DNA of 43,563 nucleotides from a virus: UHGV virus genome UHGV-0327455; one strand, 5' to 3'. Shown piece by piece: positions 43,063 to 43,563 of this stretch (position 1 is its first letter; each line of letters starts with the position of its first letter). The notes under the pieces were generated by a model. It saw only the letters and a program-made list of their open reading frames with translations, ran no database searches and was not told where the DNA came from. The position numbers and the translations under genes were made by a program.

Positions 43063-43484
43063 ATCCTGCCTCCTCTGCTAAGCACTGCCTGCGCCGCCTG
43101 AAGGATATCATCCTTATGATCTGCTTTCATACGTTCAAACCATTTCTTTCCGCGCATAGGAGCACCAGCATAAGTCAGCTCTTTTCCTGTTGGTACCTTG
43201 ATCTCATTTTTCTTCGCCCAGGCACTTCCAGTTGTTGGTGACACATAAAGGATGCCTTCATACAGGTAATGAGCAAACGGACCGGGAGTATCAATCTGGC
43301 CTGAACCGATTGTAGTGGCAGCCACCATCAGGTGTTTCAGCTCGCCGGCCTGACGCCTTGGCATATAATCACTCATATAGCGCATACATTCACTGTCGAT
43401 TGCTGCTTGCACAGGTCCATTTTCAGCAACTTTATGTCTACGCCGCATTTCTGCCGTAGAAAGCATTTTTATAACTATTTTCAT
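43059..43484 (-). CDS. head-tail joining protein (HK97 gp10-like / neck)
   Basis: 141 aa with an AGGAGGTGTAACC RBS. Assigned by synteny. Confidence 0.45.
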   Translation of the reverse strand: MKIVIKMLSTAEMRRRHKVAENGPVQAAIDSECMRYMSDYMPRRQAGELKHLMVAATTIGSGQIDTPGPFAHYLYEGILYVSPTTGSAWAKKNEIKVPTGKELTYAGAPMRGKKWFERMKADHKDDILQAAQAVLSRGGRI

Positions 43485-43495
43485 GGTTACACCTC

Positions 43496-43563
43496 CTACT
43501 TACAGGACAGCTCATAATGCTGGACCGCTTCACTACCATACAACCGTTCATCCACAGTTGTAA
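43496..43563 (-). CDS. C-terminal part of head-tail adaptor ORF entering from the right window edge (...TTVDERLYGSEAVQHYELSCK*)
   Basis: Own translation. Stop TAG at 43498..43496 overlaps the RBS of the next gene. The frame joins exactly with the partial ORF at 1..309 if the sequence is circular. Confidence 0.45.
   Translation of the reverse strand, partial: TTVDERLYGSEAVQHYELSCK

Noticed and set aside
1-43563. CRISPR arrays, rRNA genes, IS elements or transposases
   Set aside because: I found no short regularly spaced direct repeats with unique spacers, no rRNA-like segments, and no transposase-like ORFs. The only recombinase is the large serine integrase.

Overview
The window looks like a complete, circularly permuted genome (about 43.6 kb) of a temperate siphovirus-like phage or prophage from a low/medium-GC Firmicute. 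The endolysin has Cpl-1-like cell-wall-binding repeats, and the gene repertoire resembles Clostridia/Lachnospiraceae phages. Nearly all lytic genes are on the minus strand. Reading the minus strand in transcription order, the modules are:
- early and recombination genes (about 22555 down to 17031): XRE-like protein, YqaJ exonuclease, DUF1351, RecT, Hjc-like resolvase;
- replication (17059 to 15559): DUF4373 replisome organizer carrying iteron-like repeats;
- a large Cys-rich protein, an HTH protein, a DUF551-like protein and several small ORFs;
- the ArpU/RinA-like sigma-like late activator (11095 to 10661) and a tRNA-Lys(UUU) (10533 to 10462);
- a sharply AT-rich three-gene cassette (10382 to 8448): GHKL ATPase, STAS/DUF4325-like protein, small membrane protein;
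- packaging and head genes: TerS, TerL, portal, minor head (MuF/SPP1 gp7-like), DUF4406 moron, scaffold, major capsid, head-tail connectors; these wrap across the window ends;
- tail genes (43484 to 32176): tail completion, major tail, chaperones, 1032-aa tape measure, Dit, Tal with S74 chaperone domain, Ig-like fibre, RBP-like proteins;
- lysis module: XkdX-like small ORFs, XhlA-like membrane protein, holin, then an inserted block (Fst-like type I toxin with antisense sRNA, RHH protein, ORF6N antirepressor), then the GH24 endolysin.
The plus strand carries the lysogeny operon: CI-like XRE repressor, ImmA metallopeptidase, a frameshifted OLD/PARIS-like ATPase-TOPRIM remnant, Dam-family N6-adenine methyltransferase, RhuM, and a large serine integrase followed by a hairpin and a candidate attP.
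The most notable hidden signals are:
- the AT-rich GHKL/STAS/TM cassette beside the tRNA and the sigma-like regulator;
- an Fst/par-like type I toxin-antitoxin, in which a 16-nt direct repeat allows the sRNA to pair over the toxin start codon;
- a 14-bp perfect palindrome TTGCGACGTCGCAA present in six copies genome-wide;
- in-frame joining of the two edge-truncated ORFs, indicating a circular permutation.
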